Assembly (NCBI GenBank): GCA_035571115.1
Contig: DATMKR010000057.1
Location: forward strand, 4,231-68,230
Direction of reading: 5' to 3'
DNA length: 64,000 nt
Source: Candidatus Acidiferrum sp.
Lineage (GTDB): Bacteria; Vulcanimicrobiota; Vulcanimicrobiia; Vulcanimicrobiales; Vulcanimicrobiaceae
Shown here: positions 47,311-55,937 of the stretch, piece by piece
How positions within the stretch are numbered: position 1 is the first letter of the stretch
Layout of the letters: every line of letters begins with the position of its first letter
Position numbers and translations under genes: made by a program
The notes under the pieces: generated by a model
The model's database searches: none
Told to the model about the DNA's origin: nothing
The model's input: only the letters and a program-made list of their open reading frames with translations

Positions 47311-47422
47311 CCCTTCGACAAGCTCAGGAGCCTTGCTCAGGATGACAATGGGCGATGACGGCCCTTCGACGCGGCCCCTTCGACAAGCTCAGGAGCCTTG
47401 CTCAGGATGACAATGGGCGATG
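47311..47422. repeat. Perfect 47-bp direct repeat (two copies, 65-bp period) of the repeat family, abutting tRNA-Val
   Basis: cccttcgacaagctcaggagccttgctcaggatgacaatgggcgatg occurs at 47311-47357 and 47376-47422. The last 9 nt of copy 2 are the 3' acceptor end of tRNA-Val. Confidence 0.85.
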
Positions 47423-47486
47423 CAGGACTTGAACCTGCGACATCCTCCTTGTAAGGGAGGCGCTCTCCCAGCTGAGCTAATCGCCC
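47414..47486 (-). tRNA. tRNA-Val (anticodon TAC)
   Basis: The reverse complement GGGCGATTAGCTCAGCTGGGAGAGCGCCTCCCTTACAAGGAGGATGTCGCAGGTTCAAGTCCTGCATCGCCCA folds as a canonical 73-nt cloverleaf: 7-bp acceptor stem, GCTC/GAGC D stem, CCTCC/GGAGG anticodon stem with loop CTTACAA, and GCAGG/CCTGC T stem. CCA is not encoded. Confidence 0.9.
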
Positions 47487-47565
47487 ACGCTTGCTAGCGC
47501 GTAACCCTTCGGCCGAACCGGTTTCTTTTACTTCACGGAGCGCCGGGTTGCTGTGGGAGGTTTAG

Positions 47566-48009
47566 TTGCGCATCACGCCAGGGCAATTCGTATTAACGAG
47601 AACAGCATTGAAGACTCATTTTCGCGCAGACTACACAAGCGAGATCGGGAACGTCGCTCTGGCGCGAAGCAGCGTGGCCAAATTCGCGAGCGCCTGCGGT
47701 TTCTCCGACTGCGAGGTTGCGGATATCCGGCTCGCCGCCGGTGAGGCGTTGAGCAACGCCGTCGAGCATGGAAGCGGGATGCCGTCTGCCGGCTTCACCG
47801 TCGATTGCGGCTTCGATGGCATCGAGCTTCTGATCGAGATCCAAGACAACGGCGCTGGGTTCTGCGCACCAGAGATTCGAAGCACCATCGAGCCCGACCA
47901 GCGAGGCCGCGGCTTCGGAATCTTCCTCATGCGCCGCCTGATGGACGACGTCGTCTTTGGAGGCAATGGGTCGATTGTCCGCTTAATCCGCCGCCAAAGA
48001 AAGCACTGA
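47566..48009 (+). CDS. Anti-sigma regulatory factor (RsbW/SpoIIAB-type Ser/Thr kinase, HATPase_c)
   Basis: TTG start, 6 nt after GGGAGG. Motifs: AAGEALSNAVEHG (N-box), IQDNGAGF (G1), GRGFGIFLMRRLMD (G2). Confidence 0.7.
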   Translation: MRITPGQFVLTRTALKTHFRADYTSEIGNVALARSSVAKFASACGFSDCEVADIRLAAGEALSNAVEHGSGMPSAGFTVDCGFDGIELLIEIQDNGAGFCAPEIRSTIEPDQRGRGFGIFLMRRLMDDVVFGGNGSIVRLIRRQRKH

Positions 48010-48117
48010 GAAAGGAAGCCTGGATTTGGCCTAGCTCATCGTCGCCTCGGGGCTCATTTACCGTAGTAAACTTCACCCCTCGGCTCCTCGATCTAGACCA
48101 AATCCAGGCTTCCTTTC
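48010..48117. repeat. 108-bp element with 25-bp terminal inverted repeats (24/25 match)
   Basis: GAAAGGAAGCCTGGATTTGGcCTAG (48010-48034) pairs with CTAGaCCAAATCCAGGCTTCCTTTC (48093-48117), with a 58-nt spacer. It nearly fills the convergent intergenic gap between the anti-sigma kinase and ctp genes. Confidence 0.7.
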
Positions 48118-48128
48118 ACGGATGTGAT

Positions 48129-49478
48129 CTACGTTTTGGTTGCGATCTTTTTCTGCAAGAGCGAGATGGCGGCGCTTAGTTGCGCGTCGCGGGCAATGTC
48201 CCCAAAGCGAGCGTCGCGAGGTTCGTCGACGGCAATGTCCGGATCGATGCCGCGTAGATTTATGTCGTGCCGATTCGGCGTCAGGTAGTGGGCGGTCGTG
48301 ATCTTGATCGCGGCTCCATCTGGGAGCGGCGTCAGCGTCTGCATCACGCCTTTACCGAACGTGCGGGCGCCGATCAACATCGCAATGCCGTCGTCTTGCA
48401 GAGCTCCGGCTGTAATCTCCGACGCCGACGCGGTGTATTGGTTCACGAGGACGGTGAGCGGAAGCGCAATCGACGGATCGTCGTCGGCGTGGATTGTGGT
48501 GTCGCGCCGGCCACGCTCCTCGACGGTTAACAGCGCCTTATTGGCGATGAAACGCGAGCTGATGTCGAGCGCGGAATCGACGTAGCCGCCGCCGTCGTTG
48601 CGCAAATCGAGCACGAGCGCCTTTGCACCCTGCTGGTTCAGGCGCGTGATTGCGGCATCGAACTCCGTGGGCGTCGATCGTCCGAAGGCCATGACCCAAA
48701 CGTAGCCGATGCCGCCACTCAACATCTTGTAGATGACGGTCGGAGGCTGGACGTCTTCGCGCGTGATCGAGACGACCGACGTTGCGCTCGAGTGCGTCAC
48801 AGTTACCGCTACGACAGTGCCGGCTTTGCCTCGCAGCAGCGAACTGACCCCGTCGACCGTGAGCCCCTTCGTCGGCGAGCCATTTACGGCCGTAACGAGA
48901 TCGCCAACGGCAAGGCCGGCGCGCTCGGCGGGCGTGCCGGGGAGCACGTACGTGATGCGAACGAAACCCGTCGCGGTGTCGGGCTGGATCATCACGCCGA
49001 TGCCGCCGATGCGCGCCGGATCGAGCGCCTCGTTAAACGCCTTGAACTCGGCCGGAGTGAAAAACTGCGTGTAGCGATCGTTAACGGCCTTAGCCATCGC
49101 ATTGATGGCAGCGTAAGCGAAATCGTCCGGTGAGGCGTTTGCCGCGCGAGCCGCGGCTGCAATCGCATCGTCGAGTTCGGCGACCGTCGCGTCGCGATCG
49201 GATTCGACGTGAAGCGCGGGTGCGGCGATTGGAGTGCCGGCCTTGCGCGCCGCATCCGCCAAAGCTCCGCTTGCGGCGGCGAGGAGCGTGCGCGGTTCGA
49301 CCTTTTCGTAGTAAGTCGTCGTCAAAAGGCGATAACTCTCGGAGACGTCTCCAGCCAGCTGATAAGGGAGCACTTCGCCGGCCGGTGCGGCACCGAACCA
49401 GATGAGAGCCGCCGCACACAGGGCGGCATACCGAACGAGCTCGCGCTTAAACATCATCGTCCTTTCTTCGTTACCCAA
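48129..49478 (-). CDS. ctpA: S41 family C-terminal processing peptidase
   Basis: PDZ region: GIGVMIQPD...VLPGTPAERAGLAVGDLVTAVNG. Also LVLDLRNDGGGY, and the catalytic region VLVNQYTASASEITAGAL...GARTFGKG. Confidence 0.85.
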   Translation of the reverse strand: MGNEERTMMFKRELVRYAALCAAALIWFGAAPAGEVLPYQLAGDVSESYRLLTTTYYEKVEPRTLLAAASGALADAARKAGTPIAAPALHVESDRDATVAELDDAIAAAARAANASPDDFAYAAINAMAKAVNDRYTQFFTPAEFKAFNEALDPARIGGIGVMIQPDTATGFVRITYVLPGTPAERAGLAVGDLVTAVNGSPTKGLTVDGVSSLLRGKAGTVVAVTVTHSSATSVVSITREDVQPPTVIYKMLSGGIGYVWVMAFGRSTPTEFDAAITRLNQQGAKALVLDLRNDGGGYVDSALDISSRFIANKALLTVEERGRRDTTIHADDDPSIALPLTVLVNQYTASASEITAGALQDDGIAMLIGARTFGKGVMQTLTPLPDGAAIKITTAHYLTPNRHDINLRGIDPDIAVDEPRDARFGDIARDAQLSAAISLLQKKIATKT

Positions 49479-49519
49479 TCTCAGAACGCTTTGGAACGTT
49501 AATTTGTCTCATCTATGCT

Positions 49520-50467
49520 TCATCGCGAGGCCGCGCGGCGCAATCGGTCCATGATGGCCAGGCCGAGTCCGCTCTCCGTCACCGGCGCCGCATCGATCCG
49601 CTCGAGGCCTAAGGCGTCGAGAGCGTGCAGCATCTCGAAAAGCGTCGCCGCGGCTTCGCGCAAATCGCCTCGCCGCGAAAGGGTTCGCGAGGCCGAGTAG
49701 CCCTCGTACGCATCCCGCAGCGTAATGACGCCGGCACGGCGGCGTTCGCGTTCGGGAACGAGCTTGGGATCGATCAGCCGCAGCGGCGTTGCCGGGGCGT
49801 AGTGTTGCGCGAGCTGGCCGGGCGCTCGCACCGCCGAGGCACGAGTCGCGCGCTCCAGCGGACCGATTGCGGCTTCGATCTTCTCCACGGCGATCGCGCC
49901 GGGACGAAGCAGGACCGGCCGCGGCTCCAGGGCGACGATCGTGGACTCGATCCCGTGCATCGTCGCGCCGCCGTCGAGAATCAGATCGACGCGATCGCCA
50001 AGCATTCGCGCAACGTGCTCGGCCCGCGTTGGGCTCAGGCGTCCGAAGGGGTTCGCGCTTGGCGCTGCCAGGGGAGACCCGACCGCCTCGAGCAGCGCCC
50101 GAGCGACCGGATGGTCGGACATCCGCACGGCAACCGTCGAAAGGCCGGCTGTTACCAGCCCCGGCACGGCCGGCCGTTTTGCGAGCACGAGCGTCAACGG
50201 ACCGGGCCAGAAGCGTTCGATCAGCGTTTCGCCGGACGCCGGAACGGCCGAGACGACCTCCTCAAGCATCGAGCGATCGGCCACGTGCACGATCAGCGGG
50301 TCGAACGACGGGCGCCCTTTGATCTCGAAGATTCGAGCGACGGCTCGAGCATCGAAGGCCAGCGCGCCGAGGCCGTAAACGGTCTCGGTGGGAAAAGCCA
50401 CGACCCCGCCTTGCCGCAGCAGCACCGCGGCGCGGGCGATTGAGTCGCGCGTAGCCGGCAGCAACAC
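49520..50467 (-). CDS. tsaC: L-threonylcarbamoyladenylate synthase (Sua5/YwlC type, with C-terminal Sua5 domain)
   Basis: Motifs: GGVVAFPTETVYGLGA, SAPSANPFGRLSPT. The 315-aa length fits the two-domain Sua5 form. Confidence 0.85.
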   Translation of the reverse strand: MLLPATRDSIARAAVLLRQGGVVAFPTETVYGLGALAFDARAVARIFEIKGRPSFDPLIVHVADRSMLEEVVSAVPASGETLIERFWPGPLTLVLAKRPAVPGLVTAGLSTVAVRMSDHPVARALLEAVGSPLAAPSANPFGRLSPTRAEHVARMLGDRVDLILDGGATMHGIESTIVALEPRPVLLRPGAIAVEKIEAAIGPLERATRASAVRAPGQLAQHYAPATPLRLIDPKLVPERERRRAGVITLRDAYEGYSASRTLSRRGDLREAAATLFEMLHALDALGLERIDAAPVTESGLGLAIMDRLRRAASR

Positions 50468-50536
50468 CGGCTAGCCCCAGCGACCGCTCGCCCGGGAAGG
50501 GATGGCTCCCGAACCCGGACCATTAGATAGAGAGGT

Positions 50537-51880
50537 ATGGGCGATCAAAATCGGATGGTGTGGTGCTGCCTTCTCAGCGCCATGCTGACGGCGTGCGGCG
50601 GCGGTTCCACTCCAGCAGGCGGAGGGCCATTCGAGCCTCCGCCCCCCGCCAAACAGGGTAACTACTTCAAGCATATCGTGATCTTGATTCAAGAAAATAG
50701 GACGTTCGACAATCTCTTCGCGACCTTTCCGGGCGCGGACGGCACCAGGTCCGGCAAGACACACAACGGCAAGATTCTACTGCGGGCCGGCGACCTCGAG
50801 AGCGAGGTCTCGCCCAACAACGGCTACAACTGCTGCTGGCAGCGCGATTGGAACCGCGGCAAGATGAACCACTTCGACCTCGTGCGTATCGGCAGAGTGC
50901 CGGGCACCTTCGTCTATCAATACGTCCATCCGGATCAGATCGCGCCGTACTGGGATTTGGCCAAGCAATACGTGCTTTCGGATCACATGTTCCAAACTCA
51001 AGGCAGCGGAAGTTTCACCGCGCACCAGGATCTGATTCGCGGCGATACCGCCATCAACGAGACGTCCAACCTGATCGATTTTCCAACCGGCGGCGCAGAC
51101 CAGCCGTGGGGCTGCGACGCGAACCCGGGCACGAGGACGTCGCTCATTACCGCGGACAATAAATACTCCGGCAACGTCGGACCGTTTCCGTGCCTAACGT
51201 ATGCTACGCTGCGCGATCTGCTCGACCCAAAGGATATCTCGTGGCGCTACTACGCGCCCGCGGTCGGAGGCAACTTCGGCGGTAATCTTTGGAATGCATT
51301 CGATGCCATCAAAGCGGTGCGGTACGGGCCGGAATGGACGACGAACGAGGCCAATCCGGAGACGAGAGTCTTCACCGACATTTCGCGCGATACGCTTCCG
51401 TCGGTTGCGTGGGTGATTCCCGACTATCAGAACTCCGATCATCCCGGAGACAACTCCGACACCGGTCCCTCGTGGGTCGCACAAGTCGTCAACGCGATCG
51501 GCCAAAGCCCGGCCTGGAAGACGACGGCCATCGTGATCGTGTGGGACGACTGGGGCGGATGGTACGATCACGTCCCGCCGCCGGGTCCGCATCGCTACGG
51601 CGGCCTCGGCTTCCGCGTGCCGGCCATCGTCGTTTCGCCGTATTCGAGACCCGGCTACGTCTCTCACAATATTTACCAGTTTGGAAGCATCATAAAGTTC
51701 GTCGAGGAAAACTGGCAACTCCCGAGCCTCGGAACGACGGATAAGACCTCCGCGAGCTTCATTAAAGATTTCTTTGACTTCACGCAGCACCCGCGCAAGT
51801 TCGTTCCAATCGGCTCGAAGTATTCCAGGTCATTTTTCTTGCATCAACTACCGTCGAACCAACCGGTCGACTCCGAGTAA
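50537..51880 (+). CDS. PLC/AcpA-family phosphoesterase lipoprotein (paralogue B)
   Basis: Lipobox LSAMLTAC. Motifs: [74 protein letters not shown]. Confidence 0.85.
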   Translation: MGDQNRMVWCCLLSAMLTACGGGSTPAGGGPFEPPPPAKQGNYFKHIVILIQENRTFDNLFATFPGADGTRSGKTHNGKILLRAGDLESEVSPNNGYNCCWQRDWNRGKMNHFDLVRIGRVPGTFVYQYVHPDQIAPYWDLAKQYVLSDHMFQTQGSGSFTAHQDLIRGDTAINETSNLIDFPTGGADQPWGCDANPGTRTSLITADNKYSGNVGPFPCLTYATLRDLLDPKDISWRYYAPAVGGNFGGNLWNAFDAIKAVRYGPEWTTNEANPETRVFTDISRDTLPSVAWVIPDYQNSDHPGDNSDTGPSWVAQVVNAIGQSPAWKTTAIVIVWDDWGGWYDHVPPPGPHRYGGLGFRVPAIVVSPYSRPGYVSHNIYQFGSIIKFVEENWQLPSLGTTDKTSASFIKDFFDFTQHPRKFVPIGSKYSRSFFLHQLPSNQPVDSE

Positions 51881-51898
51881 AGATAACTGGGATTACCC

Positions 51899-53242
51899 AT
51901 GTCGCACGAATCGAAGCGTCACGCGCGCTCCACACAATGGAAGAATAGCGCCGGTAGCGAAGGTCAGTCTTGGCTTTATATGCGTACGATCGAAAGCGTC
52001 TCCGATCCCCAAGCCTCGGCCGCCGCCGGCGCCGCACCCGATATGCGCCTGCGCGCGGTACCGGTGGTCTTGTCGGATTTCCAAACCGTCCAAATGACGC
52101 CACCGCGCGAACAGGACGAACTCAAAAGGATTCAGGCCCATTTCATGACGCTCGCGCAATGCGCGCAAAAGGGCCTGACCTCGCCCGAAGATCGGCAGCG
52201 TTTGGCGCGCACGATCGAAGAGCGCATGGCGCGCTACGGCGCTTCGAGCGAGCACATCGCGCGCCGCCAAGTCAGCGTTCTCACCTCGCGCTTCGTCGTG
52301 CCTCGGCCGGACAGCCCAACCGAGAACGTCGCGCGCTACGGCGATTTACGGGCTTCGACGGGCGAAGCCCTCGACGAACGCATGACCCTCTTCGAAGAGG
52401 TCGCGTGTGACGTTTTCGAACGCGTCTACCCCGATGCAACGGCACAAGCGCCCGACGACATCGTCCACGTGAGCTGCTCGGGTTACATTTCCCCCAGCCC
52501 GGTGCAAACTTTTCTTTCGCGCCGGAAATGGCTGCGCACCGGTGTCACGCACTCGTACCACATGGGATGCTACGGCGCCTTTCCGGCGATTCGCACCGCC
52601 GTCGGGCTCGTCGGCTCGTCTTACGATTCGCTGCCGAAGCCAAAACGCCGCGTGGATCTCGTGCACACGGAGTTTCTTTCGCTGCATTTCGATTTGCTTG
52701 GCGAAGAAGCAGACAACTTCGTTACGTCGACGCTCTTCGCCGACGGCTTCATTAAGTATTCGGCCTATCCGGAGTTTGCCCGCGGCGGACGAAGCGGCTT
52801 GAAAATCCTGGCCATCGAAGAATACATACTGCCGGACTCGTTACCGGAGATGACCTTGCGGCCGGGACCGCTGCAGTTCGACATGTCGTTATCAAAAAAG
52901 GTGCCGTTCATGATTCGCGACTCGATCGGCGACTTCATCGCGTCGATCTGCGGTCAGGTCGGCCTCGATTTCGAGCGTGAAAAGGCAACGATGGCATTTG
53001 CAATCCATCCGGGTGGCCCGGCAATCCTCAATCAAATTCGCAGCAAGCTGGGCATCGAAGAGTCGCAGATCGCCCTGAGCAGAAAAGTGCTTAACGAGCA
53101 CGGCAACATGGCCTCGGCGACGGCGCCGCACATTTGGCAGGCGATCGTAGAATCGCCGGAGATTCCCGTGGGCTCGAAGGTGTTGAGTATGGCGTTTGGG
53201 CCAGGCTTGACGGTCATCGGGGCCCTTTTCGAGAAAGTCTAG
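51899..53242 (+). CDS. Type III polyketide synthase (chalcone/stilbene synthase superfamily)
   Basis: The catalytic triad context is present: Cys in SYHMGCYGAF, His in AIHPGGPAIL, Asn in EHGNMASAT, plus the MAFGPGLT loop. The start is uncertain: Met 51899, 51980 or 52043. The longest choice gives an unusually long N-terminus. Confidence 0.8.
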   Translation: MSHESKRHARSTQWKNSAGSEGQSWLYMRTIESVSDPQASAAAGAAPDMRLRAVPVVLSDFQTVQMTPPREQDELKRIQAHFMTLAQCAQKGLTSPEDRQRLARTIEERMARYGASSEHIARRQVSVLTSRFVVPRPDSPTENVARYGDLRASTGEALDERMTLFEEVACDVFERVYPDATAQAPDDIVHVSCSGYISPSPVQTFLSRRKWLRTGVTHSYHMGCYGAFPAIRTAVGLVGSSYDSLPKPKRRVDLVHTEFLSLHFDLLGEEADNFVTSTLFADGFIKYSAYPEFARGGRSGLKILAIEEYILPDSLPEMTLRPGPLQFDMSLSKKVPFMIRDSIGDFIASICGQVGLDFEREKATMAFAIHPGGPAILNQIRSKLGIEESQIALSRKVLNEHGNMASATAPHIWQAIVESPEIPVGSKVLSMAFGPGLTVIGALFEKV

Positions 53243-53250
53243 GCCCCACA

Positions 53251-54414
53251 ATGGCAACAACACAAACGGCAAAGCCCCAGAAGTTTTCGGTGCCGGCCCC
53301 TTTCTATTGGGGAGTGAAAGGCGTCCATGCAGCCGCGCCGCTCTTCGTTGCGCTGGGAAATCTCGAGACGAAGATGTTACAACGCCGGCTCGCCGGGCGA
53401 TCCGTTGACCGACCCGTGTATATTTGCGGGCTTCCACGAGCGGGGACGACGATCACGCTGCAGATGCTCAGCGAGCATCCCGACGTCGTCACCCACAAGT
53501 ACGCCGATTTCTTGATGCCGTACATGCCGTACGTCTGGAACCAGGTCTTTCCACGCATTCCCGTCGACGCTATGCGCAAACCCGTGCCCCGCATTCATCG
53601 CGACCGCATCGAAGTGACGCGCGACAGCGCCGAAATGGGCGAGGAGATCCTGTGGGAGCACTTCTTTCCGCACATTCACGATGAGTCGAACTACAGCGTG
53701 CTCGACGGCACGACGTCGAATCCGGCCTTCGAAAGCTTCTACGTCGATCATCTCAAGAAGCTGGCACTGGTACGCGGACGGAACCGCTACATCAGCAAGG
53801 CGATTATGTGCGTCGTTCGCATGCAATACCTGCGCCGAATCTTTCCCGACGCGCGCTTCCTCCTCTACGTGCGCAATCCAATCGATCACATCGCGTCGAT
53901 GATCAAGCAAGACCGCATCTGGGCGGAGATCGAGAAGAGCGACCCCCGCCAAATCGAGATCATCGAGCTGACCGGGCACCACGAGTTCGGGCCGCATCAA
54001 GTGATGGCCAACGTCGGCAACCCCGACGAGCTGCGTGAGATCCGCCGGCTCTTCGACGCCGGCCAGTGGGGGCTGTCGCGCGCCCGCTATTGGGCCTACG
54101 TTTATGGTTTCGTCGCCAGCCAGCTGCAGGCGGACCCGGAGCTGGCGCGGCGCGTCTGCATCGTGCGCTACGAGGATCTCTGCTCGGATTCGCTCCCGAC
54201 GATCGACCGCATTCTCGAACACGCCGGCCTAGCCGCCGAGCCGTTCGCGCAAACGCGCGAAGCCTACGGTAAGAAACTCTCATTCCCCGACTACTATAAG
54301 CCCGTCTTTAGTGCGCAAGAGCTTGCGGAGATCACGAGCGTAACCGGCGGTGTCGCCGAGTATTTCGGCTACGACGTCGGGACGATCGCACGGCGAGTCG
54401 AGGCGCTTACGTAG
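53251..54414 (+). CDS. Sulfotransferase family protein
   Basis: Start at MATTQTAKPQ. The PAPS 5'-phosphosulfate-binding loop is YICGLPRAGTTITLQML and the 3'-phosphate motif is LLYVRNPIDHIASMI. The track start at 53134 lies inside the PKS gene and is rejected. Confidence 0.7.
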   Translation: MATTQTAKPQKFSVPAPFYWGVKGVHAAAPLFVALGNLETKMLQRRLAGRSVDRPVYICGLPRAGTTITLQMLSEHPDVVTHKYADFLMPYMPYVWNQVFPRIPVDAMRKPVPRIHRDRIEVTRDSAEMGEEILWEHFFPHIHDESNYSVLDGTTSNPAFESFYVDHLKKLALVRGRNRYISKAIMCVVRMQYLRRIFPDARFLLYVRNPIDHIASMIKQDRIWAEIEKSDPRQIEIIELTGHHEFGPHQVMANVGNPDELREIRRLFDAGQWGLSRARYWAYVYGFVASQLQADPELARRVCIVRYEDLCSDSLPTIDRILEHAGLAAEPFAQTREAYGKKLSFPDYYKPVFSAQELAEITSVTGGVAEYFGYDVGTIARRVEALT

Positions 54415-55934
54415 TGCGGCTCGCGCCGATCGGCGTGGCCGTGCTCGCGAGCGTCGCGCTGTCCGCCTGCGGCGGCGCGAGCATTCCCGGCACGGCGGCG
54501 CTGCCGGCGGTCCATCACCGCACTTCGAGCAGCTCGCCGATCCAGCACGTCATCATCGTGATTCAAGAGAATCGCAGCTTCGACGACCTATTCGCCACGT
54601 TTCCAAACGCCGACGGAACGACCACCGGCACGGGCGAGCCGATGCCAAAAGCGGAAGCATCGACTTGCGCGAAAGACAACCAGCAGGTGGTCACGCAGTC
54701 GAAGCCGGCCGTTTCGCTGACGAAGGTCTCGCTCATCGGCGTGGGATTCCCGAAATTCAAAAACGGCGGCGGCAAGCTCGTGTCGTTTGGCGAGGGCACC
54801 GATCTTCCGCACGTGTACGGATGGTACGCCATAACGCCGTTTTTGGATGAATACGACAACGGCAAGATGGACGGCTTCGACCGGGAAGGTTCGGGAGCGA
54901 ACGGCAACGGCTCGACGCTTTGCACCTACCCGTACCAGTACGTGAATCCCGGCGCGATTAAGGAGTACTGGGATCTAGCGCAGCAATACGTGCTCGCGGA
55001 CAAGACGTTCCAGACACAAGGCAGCGGATCGTTCACCGCACATCAGGATCTGATCGCGGGCGGCACCGTCGTCAACTATACCTACGGCGGCTACACCGAC
55101 GACAGCGTGATCGATAATCCTTCGTTCTGGCCGTGGGGATGCGACGCACCGCACGGGGTGGTGACGTCGTTGATCACGACGAACCTGCAATACCTGCAGT
55201 TCAAAGGGCCCTTTCCGTGTTTGGGCTACGAAACGATGCGCGATCTCCTCGACGCGAAGTCGGTCTCCTGGAAATACTATGCAGAGCAGGTGAAGGGCGG
55301 GAACGCCGGCCTTTGGAGCGCCTTCGACGCGATCAAAGCCGTCCGCGATAGTAAGGAATGGACGACCAACGTCACCACGAGCCCGAACGTGATCTTTCAA
55401 GATATTAAGGCCGGCAGTCTCCCTGCCGTCTCCTGGGTCACGCCCATTGGAGAGAACTCCGACCATCCCGATGAGAAGGGAGCGGGGGGCAAATACGTCG
55501 ACAACGGCCCGTCGTGGGTCGCCAACGTCGTCAATCAGATCGGCGAGAGTCAGTACTGGAACTCGAGCGCGATCGTGGTTCTCTGGGACGACTGGGGCGG
55601 CTTCTACGATCACGTTCCTCCCCCGTGCCTGTACAAGTCGCAATGCCGCGACAACCAAGGCGGCTTGGGATTCCGCGTTCCGATGATCATCGTGTCGCCT
55701 TACGTGAAGGCGCACGTCGAGCACACGCAGTACGAGTTCGGCAGCATTCTGAAGTACATTGAAGACAACTGGGACCTGGGGTCGCTCGGCACGACCGACC
55801 AGCGCGCGACGAGCATCGGAAACGTCTTCAACTATAGTCAGAAGCCGCGCAAGTTCAAAGTGATCCCGGCAGCCCTTCCGTTATCGTTCTTCTTACATCA
55901 GAAGCCGTCGGGCGCACCACCCGATACCGAATAG
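54414..55934 (+). CDS. PLC/AcpA-family phosphoesterase lipoprotein (paralogue C)
   Basis: GTG start shares 1 nt with the sulfotransferase stop. Lipobox VALSAC. Motifs: [59 protein letters not shown]. Confidence 0.85.
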   Translation: MRLAPIGVAVLASVALSACGGASIPGTAALPAVHHRTSSSSPIQHVIIVIQENRSFDDLFATFPNADGTTTGTGEPMPKAEASTCAKDNQQVVTQSKPAVSLTKVSLIGVGFPKFKNGGGKLVSFGEGTDLPHVYGWYAITPFLDEYDNGKMDGFDREGSGANGNGSTLCTYPYQYVNPGAIKEYWDLAQQYVLADKTFQTQGSGSFTAHQDLIAGGTVVNYTYGGYTDDSVIDNPSFWPWGCDAPHGVVTSLITTNLQYLQFKGPFPCLGYETMRDLLDAKSVSWKYYAEQVKGGNAGLWSAFDAIKAVRDSKEWTTNVTTSPNVIFQDIKAGSLPAVSWVTPIGENSDHPDEKGAGGKYVDNGPSWVANVVNQIGESQYWNSSAIVVLWDDWGGFYDHVPPPCLYKSQCRDNQGGLGFRVPMIIVSPYVKAHVEHTQYEFGSILKYIEDNWDLGSLGTTDQRATSIGNVFNYSQKPRKFKVIPAALPLSFFLHQKPSGAPPDTE

Positions 55935-55937
55935 CTC

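Noticed and set aside
47311-47486. An integrated mobile element (prophage or ICE) at tRNA-Val, inferred from duplication of the tRNA 3' end.
   Set aside because: The two repeat copies are only 18 bp apart, there is no cargo, and no integrase lies nearby. The observation is kept as a finding about the duplication only.
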